Positions 49,578 to 61,244 of a stretch of DNA of 64,000 nt are shown here, in pieces; the stretch's first letter is position 1, and every line of letters starts with the position of its first letter. Under the pieces are notes generated by a model. That model was not told the DNA's origin. It worked only from the letters and a program-made list of their open reading frames with translations, and searched no databases. The stretch is from Zancudomyces culisetae HAW-14-8. Taxonomy: Eukaryota; Fungi; Kickxellomycota. The DNA lies in assembly GCA_052426225.1 (NCBI GenBank), contig JBNJNM010000006.1, forward strand, positions 1,116,001 to 1,180,000, in the 5' to 3' direction. The translations under genes and the position numbers were made by a program.

Positions 49578-52500
49578 TTTCCCATAGATTACAAATTTAT
49601 TTACTGATCATTCCCTTTTTTCCTTTATCTCTCTCTTTCACTCTTATCCCTTTTTTTTTCCTTTACTAATTCTTCTTTCAGCTTTTCAGATCCTGCCAAC
49701 CAAATCCCCTTTTGTTATTTTATTATTTTCTTATTTTCTTGTAGTTTGCAGTATTTTATTTAATTTATTATAAACTCAATCCTTCATACACATCTATTTT
49801 TTCGTGGTCAATTATTATTTGCAATAAACCCCCCTCCCTTCACCCCATCCTTCCCTTTACAAACTCCTTTTTTATTTTCACCCCTTTTTATTTAATTTTT
49901 TTATAATTTTTTTTTTTGTTAATTTTAATTTCTGACCTATAATTAGCTGTAATGTTTTACAATTTAGATTTCCCATCCACTTTAATATACTTGGATTATT
50001 TTGTGGATCTTGTAAGTTGCTTTTGTTTTATAATCTTTACTGTAGTATTTTTTGTGTACTTTTATACCTATAGTTCAATTGATTTTAACTTTATTAAAGA
50101 AATGGAATATTTACTATGCTTACTATTTCTAAAAAAAACTTGTTTAAACAATAAGAGCAACTCAAATCTTGTTCCTGTTTTCAACATCAAATGTATTAGC
50201 ATATGTAAACACCTTTTATATGTAGTATCCGCAATGCCCCTAAACCCAATTTTTTTACAAACTTTCTCTCTCTCTCTCTCTCTCTCTTTTTTTTCTTTCT
50301 CTTCCGCCATCCACTTGCAAATCACTTTAGTTCCAATTCACATTATTATTGTCATTTTTCATTCCCTACCAGCTTGCTTTACATATCCTAACCGTAGTAC
50401 TTCTAATACTAACCTTTTCTGTTTAATAATAATAACACGTTGTTTTTTTTTTAAGCTCTAGGATTTCTTTTTTAGTTTCAAGACTCTCCTTTGCATACTT
50501 AATCTTTAAAAACAATTCCACAGCTTCTGTGGCAACCCAAAGCGCAAAAATAATATAAAAGACTAACATTGCTGCTGCTTGTGTATCTGATATATAATAG
50601 AAACACAGAATTGATCCCCAAGATTCCCAGCAAATATGAATACAAGAGGAATTTGAGGTCTACTAGAGTTTTGACTTTCTTGTCTTTTTCCATTTTTGAT
50701 GGTAGTAATTGACTTTTTTCGGAAATTTCCATCATTTTGAGATTGTTAATTGATAATATCCCGCTTATTATCTTTGATATATATATATATTATACAAGTT
50801 TGAATATTCTAAGGGATATGGATATTATTCTCAAGTTGAAAGTTAAACTTGACAATTGTTCTAATCAATATAATCAATTCTGTAGATATTTATACAAAAA
50901 AAAAGCAAATAGAATTACTACAACTTTGTTTGTTTGTTTTTTATTATCCCTTGAAGCGAGAAGAGAAAAGAGGAAAGAGTGGGGGGGGAGGGGAGGGGAA
51001 GTAGGATGATTAAACATAAAGGTTACCTTTTTATTATTTTGGATGTGTGACATGGTTTTTTCTGTCATGAAATATTGTCTTGTACTTTGGTATTTCTATT
51101 TACATCAAACAATATTGGATGTTTAGGTAGGAGAGGATGATAAATATGTTTGATTTCTTTGAACTATTAAATTAATTATTCATTGTAAATAAGAAATGAG
51201 TTTTTTTATTTTTACTAACAGATCAATAATTAGAAATGATTGTTAACAATTACTTTGTCATTTAATTGGTTTTTTTTTCTCCTTGTGGGTTTATTGATTT
51301 CAACAAATAAGTTAAAACATATTCTTGGTGTATACCAAATACCATAAAAAACAGTAAAAAGTATTGTGATTGGTTTTTCTTTCGATAGACTATGTTTACT
51401 TTTTTCTCGAGTATCAAAAGTAGGGTTTGACTTTAAACTGGATTGTGTACTTTGCTTTGCTTTGTTTTTGTTTGTAAAGTATTTGTTTATCTTCTTTTAG
51501 TTTTGTATCCTACGGGTTTAGTATCTATTTGAAAAACCAGTATAACTATAATTCTTATCACTAATAATTAGTACGCCACACAAACAATCCTCAATGGTAT
51601 GTATTTGTGTAGTCTCTAAGTTTGTATATAACTGATGTATTTATATATTTTTCGGTTTTCAAAAGTAATATTTATTGATTTTATAATAAAATATCCTCCC
51701 TTTTCCTTTTCCTTTTCCTTTTCCTTTTGTTTTTTTTTATACTGCGTTTCGTATATAGCAAATTTACAATAATCACGAAAAACTTTTATCCCTCTTGATA
51801 TAGAATATATAAAAAAAAACAACATACTCTTCTTGACACTAATTCTTGACACTGATTCTTGACATTCAATTTTGTAGAAGAATTAGGCTACTTTGAGTTG
51901 ACAGCGCAAATCAACCCATTATTTTACACTTCCACAAAAGCAGAGGAACAGAAACGTATCATTTTATGACATTTTCTATTAATATATCTTTATTTTCATA
52001 CAGTAGCTTTCTTTGGTGAAATAAAAACTATTAGAGATTCCATATATTTAACACTCCAATACTTACAATTACCCTTTCACTCAAGTTCCACATCATCAAG
52101 GACAGCTATGGCTTCGACAGAAAACAAAGGCAGAAGAGGGAACATCAGAATACTAAGTTCGGGTACATGAATACTAATATTGGTATTGTTATACTTGTAA
52201 TATCTCTCGGCAGATGGTATATCCTTTTTTATTTTACTCTTTTATTGAAGTTTACATTATGGAAATCGAGCATCAGAGTTAATATAGCTAGAAGTGAAAC
52301 TTTCAGTTCATGACACTATACTTTTGGAAGGGAGTATAAAATATTTATCATCTTTGCTTGGTACAACACCTAATAAGACTTGTGATAATAATGTTATCAG
52401 AATTGTGGTTTTTTCTATTAAGAGCCTCAGTAACTCCAGATGGCCATGTTCACTGGATGAATAATTCTCACCATCTTTTCTCATAAAAGGTTTATAGCCA

Positions 52501-55500
52501 TCAGTAGACGTTGTTACAGTAGGTCGATGTTAATATTAGGACATATGGCATACAAGATATGATGTTTTCTACTTTTCAATAATAAGACTATTATTTAATA
52601 TTGGGTAAGTGGTCTCGCACCCCCCTCCCCCCCCCCTTTTCCTTGATAGCCACCGAGTTAAAAGTTGATTATAAACGAACTTGAAATAACAAGTTAACAT
52701 CAACTGTATTGTTTCAGTATACTTAAATTGAAATGTATTAAACGGGTTTTTCCCTCGACATTTTGAATATATCTAAAAACCAATTTACACTCGCTTTTCA
52801 ACAAGAGTTTGAAATACTATAAATTCTTCAAACAACCAACTTATTAATACAATCTTAGTAGAAAACTGATAGACTTAGTGAACAAGTTGCAATTTAAATT
52901 GTGAAAATATAAAAGTTATTAGTTCCATGGTTCCTATGCCCTGGGTAAGTATACAGCCGCCGTTTTAATTTATTATAATCTGTTGAAGATGGTCTAATAA
53001 TGATATTACCACTAAATAGATTACAATCAATACAAGTGAAATCTTATCTCGACACGATAAACTAAAAACGTGTGAATGGTTCGAGCGTTATTCAAATGAT
53101 AGCAATCAGTGGCGTGTGTGGTAAGCAAATATTTGATTACTGTTTTAACAGTTTTAACAGTTTTAACAGTTTTAAAATAGAATTTTTATCACTCAGGTAT
53201 CATTACTATATTCATCTTGTATCACATAGAAAACTACAACAAAATAGGGATTGGTGGCTATATTGATTTGAATCAAATGGGTAAAAAAAATAAAATAGTT
53301 CATTTCATGAAAGTTTCAGCGCAAGTAATTGCATTTTACTCGCCTTTTTTTTCGAACGGAACAATATCTGATGAACATCTGCTGCGGTATTATCAGACAA
53401 CCGCCTAGAGAAAAAACATGTTTACTGCTCTTACTTTCTGCCGTTTTCATACTGTTAACCTACTAGAATATGCTTTTTTTTTAATACCAGAACCACTGCC
53501 GCTTTTTTATAAAATTGAACTGAGCCAAATACAAGTAAAAAAAGAAAGATAAAATAAAAATCTCATCATTCCATTCCCAGTCACATCTACCCATGTACCT
53601 GAACATTCTTGACTTTAATTTTTTAATATAATACCCCAATCCATCTACGTTTATATTTTAGTTGGAGAACGAAATGATAATGAGATACCTTGATCTGCTA
53701 GAAAGTGAAGGGAATGAAAAAATATTTTCTGGTCTTAGTAAAATTACTAAATTTTGTGTAAAGTCTACCTGCCAGGGAGCTACCAGTGAACATGTAGGAC
53801 AACTAAATCTTTGACGATTACTATTATTCAGTTTTTCCCTCACCATTTCATTCTTTTACTCATTCACTTCATATCTCCCAATCTTTCCCCCTATTTGGTA
53901 AACCATACAGTAAACCATACAGTAAAATATACAGTAAACCAACCCATTACATTTTTTTATTACCCTAAAAATAACAGTTTACCAGTTGGTGTTAAAAGAG
54001 TTCCCAATGGGGACAATTCGATTATTTGGCTAATCCAACTACAAATATTTTCGTAGGTGAACCATATTTATGCTTTACATGTATATTAATTTTACAAAAA
54101 AACCATGGAAGAAATGTTTTACTATAGTTGAAATTCAGCTAATAAACGCCTCTGTGGGTGCCACAAAAACTAAAATATTCACACATAAGACAATTAATTA
54201 GCTACACCACCATATAATGCACTGATATCATAATAATATATTAAAATGGGTTGTGTGGTTTGTGTTTGTTCTCAACTATCAACTATACTTCAATTCTGTT
54301 GCAATTCTACATTTTCACCCAAATCGTAAATGCTATTATAGTGTTTCCTTATTTTTCCGAGTGTTTTTAGCATGCGTATATCTACTTTTTACAAACTGAA
54401 TAGTACTTTTAAAGTATCCCACTTTCTAAACAGTATTGCACTGATTTACCCTAAAAAAATTATAATTGATATTTAAAACTTTTTCGGAACTTTGTATTGG
54501 TGTCAGCAAATTTCCGCTTGCCATTAATAGTCACTTGGAAAATGTCTACCTTGCTTTTACCACAGCTTAGAGGTATTAATCTCATTAAAAACGCACATAT
54601 CGCGACCCTAAAATCACTATTTCCCAAGCCACTTTTTAATGTGTGAGCAAAAAATGAGCTTTAGGAAAAAGTCATTTAGGACCAGATTCAAGCACAATGT
54701 TCAGAATGTAAGATGGTTTTTTTTTTTCTATTTGTAAGAGCAATTCGTCAAATGTTCCAGACACAGCAGGAAAATAGATTTCAAACAATGGTTGTCAGAG
54801 CTTGAACACATTATCGCGCGAGTATAGCGACTCCATGTGGCTCGACGTAAGGGTAAAGTAGGGGTGGGATGAGTAAGATAAGTTTAGTTTTTAAGCTTAT
54901 TGTTCTTTTTTTTCTGTGACCACATGGTGAATGATTTATTTCCCAACCTAAAATACGACTAACAATCGAAAAAAATCAACAAATAACGCAAAGCTTAAAA
55001 CCAAAAAAAAAAGAAGTCTTTATCGGGTTATTAACTACATTCACTGCTTTATTCTTTTTCTATTACATGAAATAATTTATGTGATAACCAAAACTATTGC
55101 TGATAACAATCACGATCAATAAAGGTGACCAATATTGGTATTGTAAAGAAAAAGACAAACACTTTTTATTATGATCTTAAAAAGGTCACTCTCATATTTT
55201 ATGATTTGGGAAATCCTAAAACCATTTCAATCTAATTGTTTGTTGAGTTAAATGTTCATGATGTTAACGTTTGTAGGTTAAAACGATTTAAACCTTCAGA
55301 GTAATTTGTAATTAGAAACTGTCACAAAATTAACTAGCACTTCGAACTTCAATTATCATTCTGTAGACCCATGATACTACGTCTACTATATTGATAAATA
55401 TAACAATTCTCAGAAAATTTCTACTTATTAATACATTTCACTTGTATTCAAAAATATTCCTAGCATTATGATCGACAAAGGCTACCCTGGGAAATGTAAA

Positions 55501-55698
55501 TATGCAGTGTGTGCGTTGATTGACTCTGTTATATATATGTATAAGTTTAATACATAATAGCTATCTTTATACTAGATACTAAGATACTAATTCACATTAC
55601 CAATTATTATATATTTGGTCCGTTTTCCCCCTTCTAGGAGTTACAACATCGAATAAATAACATTTTCAAATTAAAAAGTGTTCGTATCGGATTAATAA

Positions 55699-58600
55699 AT
55701 GATTTCTTCAAAAAAAATATACATAGCTATATGTATACTTACATCCCTCGTTGGGGTAAACTCCAATCCTATTTCCAATAGTGATACACAGTTCTCAGAA
55801 AACTGCACAAAAGTATACGGAAATAAAGTGTTCTATTTGGATAGCGGCTGTTCGAAATGCAAATGCAACGATGAAAAGCTTGAATGTAACAGGTTTGCCC
55901 TGTGTGATCCTTCAGATATGGCAGATGACTCCGCACTGAGCTACAGTGAAGCAAAAAAGTGGGAATCTTACAACAACTGCGTTGCCAAAAACGGATACGA
56001 TGTGTTTACAGCAGCAGATGGGTCATCAAGTTGCATATGTACACTAGAAGGATCCAAATGCACTACTCAAAGCGTTAGTAACTCTTCTGAATTGCTGGAT
56101 ATTATCAAACAGGATGATAATAACTCGTCAGACGCTGATAGACTGAAGCTGGAGTTTACAAGTGCAAACATAGAAATGCATAGAGAGTGCGTGGATACAT
56201 TTGGAAATGGTAGTTTTTACCCTACACACGGGTGTTCAGTATGTATATGTACACTAAATGGCAAAATGTGTAATGATGGGTTGTGTAAACCGAAACTCAA
56301 TAACTCAGTACACAGAATCAAAATGATGGGTCGCTCAAACAGCAATGAAGCAAATTCTGAGGGCAATATCTTCAATAAACTAATGGCTAGATTGTACAAA
56401 AAATCAGCTATACCTCGATCACACGCACCATACAACACAAATTCAGATAAAGCAAATTATAGTAGCTCATACAAAGGGTATGAGGTTAAAACTATTATTT
56501 CTACGGTAATTGTAACTAGTACGCAAAATTCCACCGTAACAGAGACTGTAACCGACTCTGGTACTGGTTCTGAAACTGTCACAGTAACTGAGACTCAATC
56601 ATTTACCGAAACTAAATCGTTTACCGAAACTCAATCGTTTACCGAGACTGAAACCGTAACTGGCACCGGTTCTGCTACAGTAACTGAAACTGAATCCTTT
56701 ACTGAGACCGAGTCGTTTACCGAGACTGAGACCGTAACTGAAACTTTATCTGGCTCTGGCTCTGGCTCTGTTACAGTAACTGAAACTGAGACTGAAACTC
56801 AGACCGTAACCGAAACTGTAACTGAAACTGATTGTAGCTCTGTATCTGGCACTGGATCTGACACTGGTTCAGTTACCGTCACAGTAACTGAGACTGAAAC
56901 TCAGACCGTAACCGAAACTGCATCTGGCACTGGCACTGCTTCTACTACAGTAACTGAGACACAATCGTTTACTGAAACTGCGACCGAGACCGAAACTATA
57001 ACAGAAACCGTATCTGGTTCTGCTACAGCAACAGCAACTGTAACAGAGACTGTAACAGAAACTAGCTCTGGTTCTGCTACAGCAACTGCTACAGTAACAG
57101 AAACAGTAACAGAAACCAGCTCTGGTTCTGCTACAGCAACAACAACTGTAACAGAAACTGTAACAGAAACTAGCTCTGGTTCTGCTACAGCAACTGCTAC
57201 AGTAACAGAAACTGTAACGGAGACCGGCTCTGGTTCTACCACAGTAACAGAAACAGTAACAGGTACTGAGTCTCTCACTGTTACCTTGACTGTAACCGAT
57301 CCATTAACGATCACTTCAACACTAACTGATTTCCTCACTATTACTTCCACAATCACCGATCCATTAACAATCACTTCAACATTAACTGATCTTATTACAA
57401 TTACCTCAAGCTTAACTGACCTCCTTACTATCACCTCAACACTAACTGAGCCACTTACTATCACCTCAACACTAACTGAGCCACTTACAATTACATTAAC
57501 ACTAACTGATCTCCTTACCATCACCTCAAGCTTAACCGATATTCTAACTATCACCTCAACATTGACTCAGCCACTTACAATTACATCAACACTAACTGAT
57601 CTCTTAACTATCACCTCAACACTAACTGAGCCACTTACAATTACATCAACACTAACTGACCTCCTTACCATCACCTCAAGCTTAACCGATATTCTAACTA
57701 TCACCTCAACACTAACTGAGCCACTTACTATCACGTCAACACTAACTGACCTCCTCACCATCACCTCAAGCTTAACCGATATTCTGACTATTACCTCAAC
57801 ATTGACTCAGCCACTTACAATTACATCAACACTAACTGATCTCTTAACTATCACCTCAAGCTTAACCGATATTCTAACTATCACCTCAACATTGACTCAG
57901 CCGCTTACAATTACATCAACACTAACTGATCTCTTAACTATCACCTCAAGCTTAACCGATATTCTGACTATTACCTCAACGTTGACTCAGCCACTTACAA
58001 TTACATCAACACTAACTGATCTCTTAACTATCACTTCAACACTAACTGATCTCCTCACTATTACTTCCACAATTACTAATCCACTTACAATTACATCAAC
58101 ACTAACTGATCTCTTAACTATCACCTCAAGCTTAACCGATCTCATTACTATTAGCTTAACTGTAACTGATCTTGCTACTGCTAGCGTAACTGTAACTGAT
58201 CTTATTACCGTTAGCGTAACAATTACTAATCCACTTACAGTTACCTCTACACTAACTGATCTCTTAACTATCACCTCAAGCTTAACCGATCTTCTGACTA
58301 TTACTTCAACACTAACTGAGCCACTTACGATAACCTCAACACTAACTGATCTCCTCACTATCACTTCAAGCTTAACTGACCTCCTTACCATTACAAATAC
58401 TCTAACTGTACCATTGACCATTACAAACACACTAACCGATCTTCTGACTATCACTTCCACAATTACTAATCCACTTACAATTACATCAACACTAACTGAT
58501 CTCTTAACTATCACCTCAAGCTTAACTGATCTCATTACTATTAGCCTAACTGTAACTGATCTTGCTACTGCTAGCGTAACTGTAACTGATCTTATTACAA

Positions 58601-59052
58601 TTAGCTTAACTGTAACTGATCCGTTTACCATTACAAATACACTAACTGATCTCCTCACCATCACTTCAACCATCACTAACCCATTGACCATTACAAATAC
58701 ACTAACTGACCTCCTCACCATCACTTCAACTATCACTAATCCATTGACCATTACAAATACACTAACTGACCTCCTCACTATCACTTCAACCATCACTAAT
58801 CCATTGACTATTACAAATACACTAACTGACCTCCTTACTATCACTTCAACCATAACTAATCCATTGACTATTACAAATACACTAACTGACCTCCTTACAA
58901 TTACAAATACACTAACTGCAACAAGTACTAATATACTCACCGTTACCTCAACGCTAACCAATCTCCTCACCATCACCTCAACAATAACTAACCTCCTTAC
59001 CATCACCTCAACTCTAACAAATATACTTACAATAACTAATATTCTACCTTAA
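55699..59052 (+). CDS. Large secreted protein: three pacifastin/VWC-like Cys modules, TVTET-rich linker and about 59 Thr-ladder decapeptide repeats
   Basis: 1117-aa intronless ORF with a signal peptide (IYIAICILTSLVGVNS), TATA-rich upstream sequence (~55530), and no GPI or TM anchor at the C-terminus. Confidence 0.85.
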   Translation: MISSKKIYIAICILTSLVGVNSNPISNSDTQFSENCTKVYGNKVFYLDSGCSKCKCNDEKLECNRFALCDPSDMADDSALSYSEAKKWESYNNCVAKNGYDVFTAADGSSSCICTLEGSKCTTQSVSNSSELLDIIKQDDNNSSDADRLKLEFTSANIEMHRECVDTFGNGSFYPTHGCSVCICTLNGKMCNDGLCKPKLNNSVHRIKMMGRSNSNEANSEGNIFNKLMARLYKKSAIPRSHAPYNTNSDKANYSSSYKGYEVKTIISTVIVTSTQNSTVTETVTDSGTGSETVTVTETQSFTETKSFTETQSFTETETVTGTGSATVTETESFTETESFTETETVTETLSGSGSGSVTVTETETETQTVTETVTETDCSSVSGTGSDTGSVTVTVTETETQTVTETASGTGTASTTVTETQSFTETATETETITETVSGSATATATVTETVTETSSGSATATATVTETVTETSSGSATATTTVTETVTETSSGSATATATVTETVTETGSGSTTVTETVTGTESLTVTLTVTDPLTITSTLTDFLTITSTITDPLTITSTLTDLITITSSLTDLLTITSTLTEPLTITSTLTEPLTITLTLTDLLTITSSLTDILTITSTLTQPLTITSTLTDLLTITSTLTEPLTITSTLTDLLTITSSLTDILTITSTLTEPLTITSTLTDLLTITSSLTDILTITSTLTQPLTITSTLTDLLTITSSLTDILTITSTLTQPLTITSTLTDLLTITSSLTDILTITSTLTQPLTITSTLTDLLTITSTLTDLLTITSTITNPLTITSTLTDLLTITSSLTDLITISLTVTDLATASVTVTDLITVSVTITNPLTVTSTLTDLLTITSSLTDLLTITSTLTEPLTITSTLTDLLTITSSLTDLLTITNTLTVPLTITNTLTDLLTITSTITNPLTITSTLTDLLTITSSLTDLITISLTVTDLATASVTVTDLITISLTVTDPFTITNTLTDLLTITSTITNPLTITNTLTDLLTITSTITNPLTITNTLTDLLTITSTITNPLTITNTLTDLLTITSTITNPLTITNTLTDLLTITNTLTATSTNILTVTSTLTNLLTITSTITNLLTITSTLTNILTITNILP
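56536..57273 (+). repeat. Coding T/E/V repeats (TETQSF units and about four 18-aa SGSATATATVTETVTETS units)
   Basis: Repeated 54-bp tctggttctgctacagcaac...gtaacagaaac units. Confidence 0.85.
57274..59040 (+). repeat. Coding 30-bp tandem array (LTITS[T/S]LT[D/E/Q/N][L/P/I]) with 60- and 90-bp higher-order periodicity
   Basis: Units such as ccacttacaattacatcaacactaactgat / ctcttaactatcacctcaagcttaaccgat / attctaactatcacctcaacattgactcag. Confidence 0.95.
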
Positions 59053-59239
59053 AAGCAATTTCATTACCTCTATTCATGACTTTTATCTATACCACAAAAG
59101 AAACTAACTGTTTATTACCATCACCTCAACTCTAACAAATAAACTTACAATAGCTAAAATACTACCTTAAAATCATTTCAACTACCGCTATTCATGACTT
59201 TTTTTTTACACCACAAAAGAAACTAACTATTTATTACCA
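58998..59239 (+). repeat. About 120-bp direct duplication spanning the last codons, stop and 3' UTR of the repeat gene
   Basis: taccatcacctcaactctaacaaata...ctaccttaaaa...ctattcatgactttt...accacaaaagaaactaact occurs twice in tandem. Confidence 0.85.
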
Positions 59240-60693
59240 GATATCTCTTTTATATATTGTAACAACTACAAATACCAATTGGTGTAAATTGTCACAACCT
59301 CAACAAACTATCCACTATTTCGAAACCTACACCCCACGTATAAAATATCTTATCGTATTGGTATTGGAGTCACATAAAAATACTATATCGTAAGTGAAAA
59401 TTTACTCGACATTCATCTCGTCTTAGTATTAATTTCACCTTATTGTTTTTTAGTATATTTTCTGTTTACCTACGTCTACTAAATCAAATTTGGTTGTATT
59501 GCGTTTATTTTTATAGACATTAACCAAAGAAGAATAATTTTGCCCAATTCAGACATTGAGCCACAATTTGCAGTTTAACTGGCTACAAACGTATTCAATA
59601 CAAAAATAATAATACTCGGCTCATTTACGTACTCATATTATGCAACAATAAGCAAGAATTTATATATAAGCATAACTCGAAATATCCATAACAACCTGCT
59701 AATAGCTCATTAAATCTAAAAAATACCTTTCACTAAATTCGTTCTTACACTTTCTTTGTATTTGTCAAAATAATGATAAACTTTTCCAACTATAGTTTTC
59801 TTTTATAATATAAAATACAATCAAAAGCCGGGTTTGATCTTTAATTTTGTTACAAATTAGTCACACTAGTACTAGAATGTGGGTTTTGTGTTAAATGTAA
59901 TACATATCTGAAGCGCACTATCTTCAATTGAGATATCGTGAACTGGAGACAAATATGGTATCAAGCCAATAAAACACATGTATTTACACAGCCAAGTTCT
60001 AAACTCCAATCTCAATATGTGCTTTCTAATCTGATTTTGACCTATCTATCAGGAATTTGAGCACAGTTAATAGTAGAATTAAACGATTACAAAAGTTTAA
60101 TTTTTATTATACCTCAAAGTGGTATCAAATGTTTGTATCATTTTATTGGTTAAAAATCGAAATTTCAAATCTATAAATTATAATTTTTATAAAAGCTATC
60201 GAAAATCCAATTTTAGTTACATTTTTTTCTTCGCACTAAGTACACTTAACCTTTAATAAAAGAGAGATTAATTAAATAAAACCACATATGTTAAGACTTG
60301 TATATATTAAGATTATTTATTATTAATATATTATTTAGAAAAATATGGTATTCGATAGTGTTTAAGATATTTTTCTCTGCGGTTCTCTTTCGATGGATTT
60401 CGAAATGGTTTTTATACTTTTACTCCAGAGATTTTTCCATATAAAATTTTCTTATGTAAAGTTGCTATCAAACTATAAATTTGACTATTAAATTTATGAG
60501 TAACTGATGTGATTAACTACCGTGAGTTTAGTGTGTCAATGATTGCATCATTCATGTTATTCTGACGATTCTTTGAATTATTAGTTTCGGAATTCTTTCT
60601 AGGTTTCTTATTTCCTAAAATGGTCTGTGAATATTATTATAACAAATTTCATCGCGAAATTCATTTTTTACTTGACTTGGTTAGATTAATTTA

Positions 60694-60765
60694 ATAATTT
60701 GTACTTAGTTACATTTAATTAATTTGTACTTAGTTACATTATAGTAATTTGTATATAGTTAAAAT
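60694..60765. repeat. About 25-bp tandem repeat, three units (taatttgtacttagttacatt)
   Basis: Two near-identical units and one degenerate unit, read directly from the sequence. Confidence 0.8.
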
Positions 60766-60862
60766 TTCATTTTGTAACCTACTTGATTTGGTCATGGAGA
60801 ATTATAATAAACATGAATTTATTTAATTTATTTAAAAACAATTCTTAACAACATAAAACAAG

Positions 60863-61244
60863 ATGAGCCAAGAACAAGATATAAACGCTACTTTACAATT
60901 TCTGGTGGAGAGCGTAAATACATTAATGCTGAACAAACAGGCAATGACCGCAAAGGTGACGGAAAGGGCGGAGAACTCAACAGCACCACTCGCAGAAGTC
61001 CCACCAGAAGTCCCACCAGTAATGGCGTCAACCTCAAGAACGCCGCTGGGACCACATCTCGCAATCAGAAGTGAGCCGGTGGAACTAAGAACGTATCACG
61101 AGTTGGTCGCATTCGTGCCATCCATAGGAGAGAACTTCTACAAAACCGCGTACACGGGAAAAGAAAGAGCTGAAACCTACCAAAAGTTTTATAAAAACAT
61201 GGACATGAATTATAAGCCCCCGAAGATCAGTGAGGCAGCCAGCC
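60863..61244 (+). mobile_element. Truncated Gag-like ORF1 of a probable DIRS-type (tyrosine-recombinase) retroelement, cut by the gypsy LTR
   Basis: The ORF is GC-richer than its flanks. The pattern P..LR.Y.EL....PSI.E.F......ER.........M.Y.PP.I resembles, from memory, the ORF1 family of Harpellales DIRS-like elements. Its stop codon is supplied by the LTR terminus at 61245. Confidence 0.55.

Noticed and set aside
52300-52484. Minus-strand SSEHGHLELLRLLIE ankyrin-like word in a 58-codon ORF
   Set aside because: A single short motif with no second repeat or supportable gene structure.
56901-59006. Long V/R/I/S-rich minus-strand ORFs
   Set aside because: Antisense shadows of the Thr-rich repeat array; they lack real ATG starts and are broken by stops.
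57274-59040. CRISPR-like appearance of the 30-bp periodic array
   Set aside because: No unique spacers; the units are in-frame coding repeats in a eukaryotic gene.
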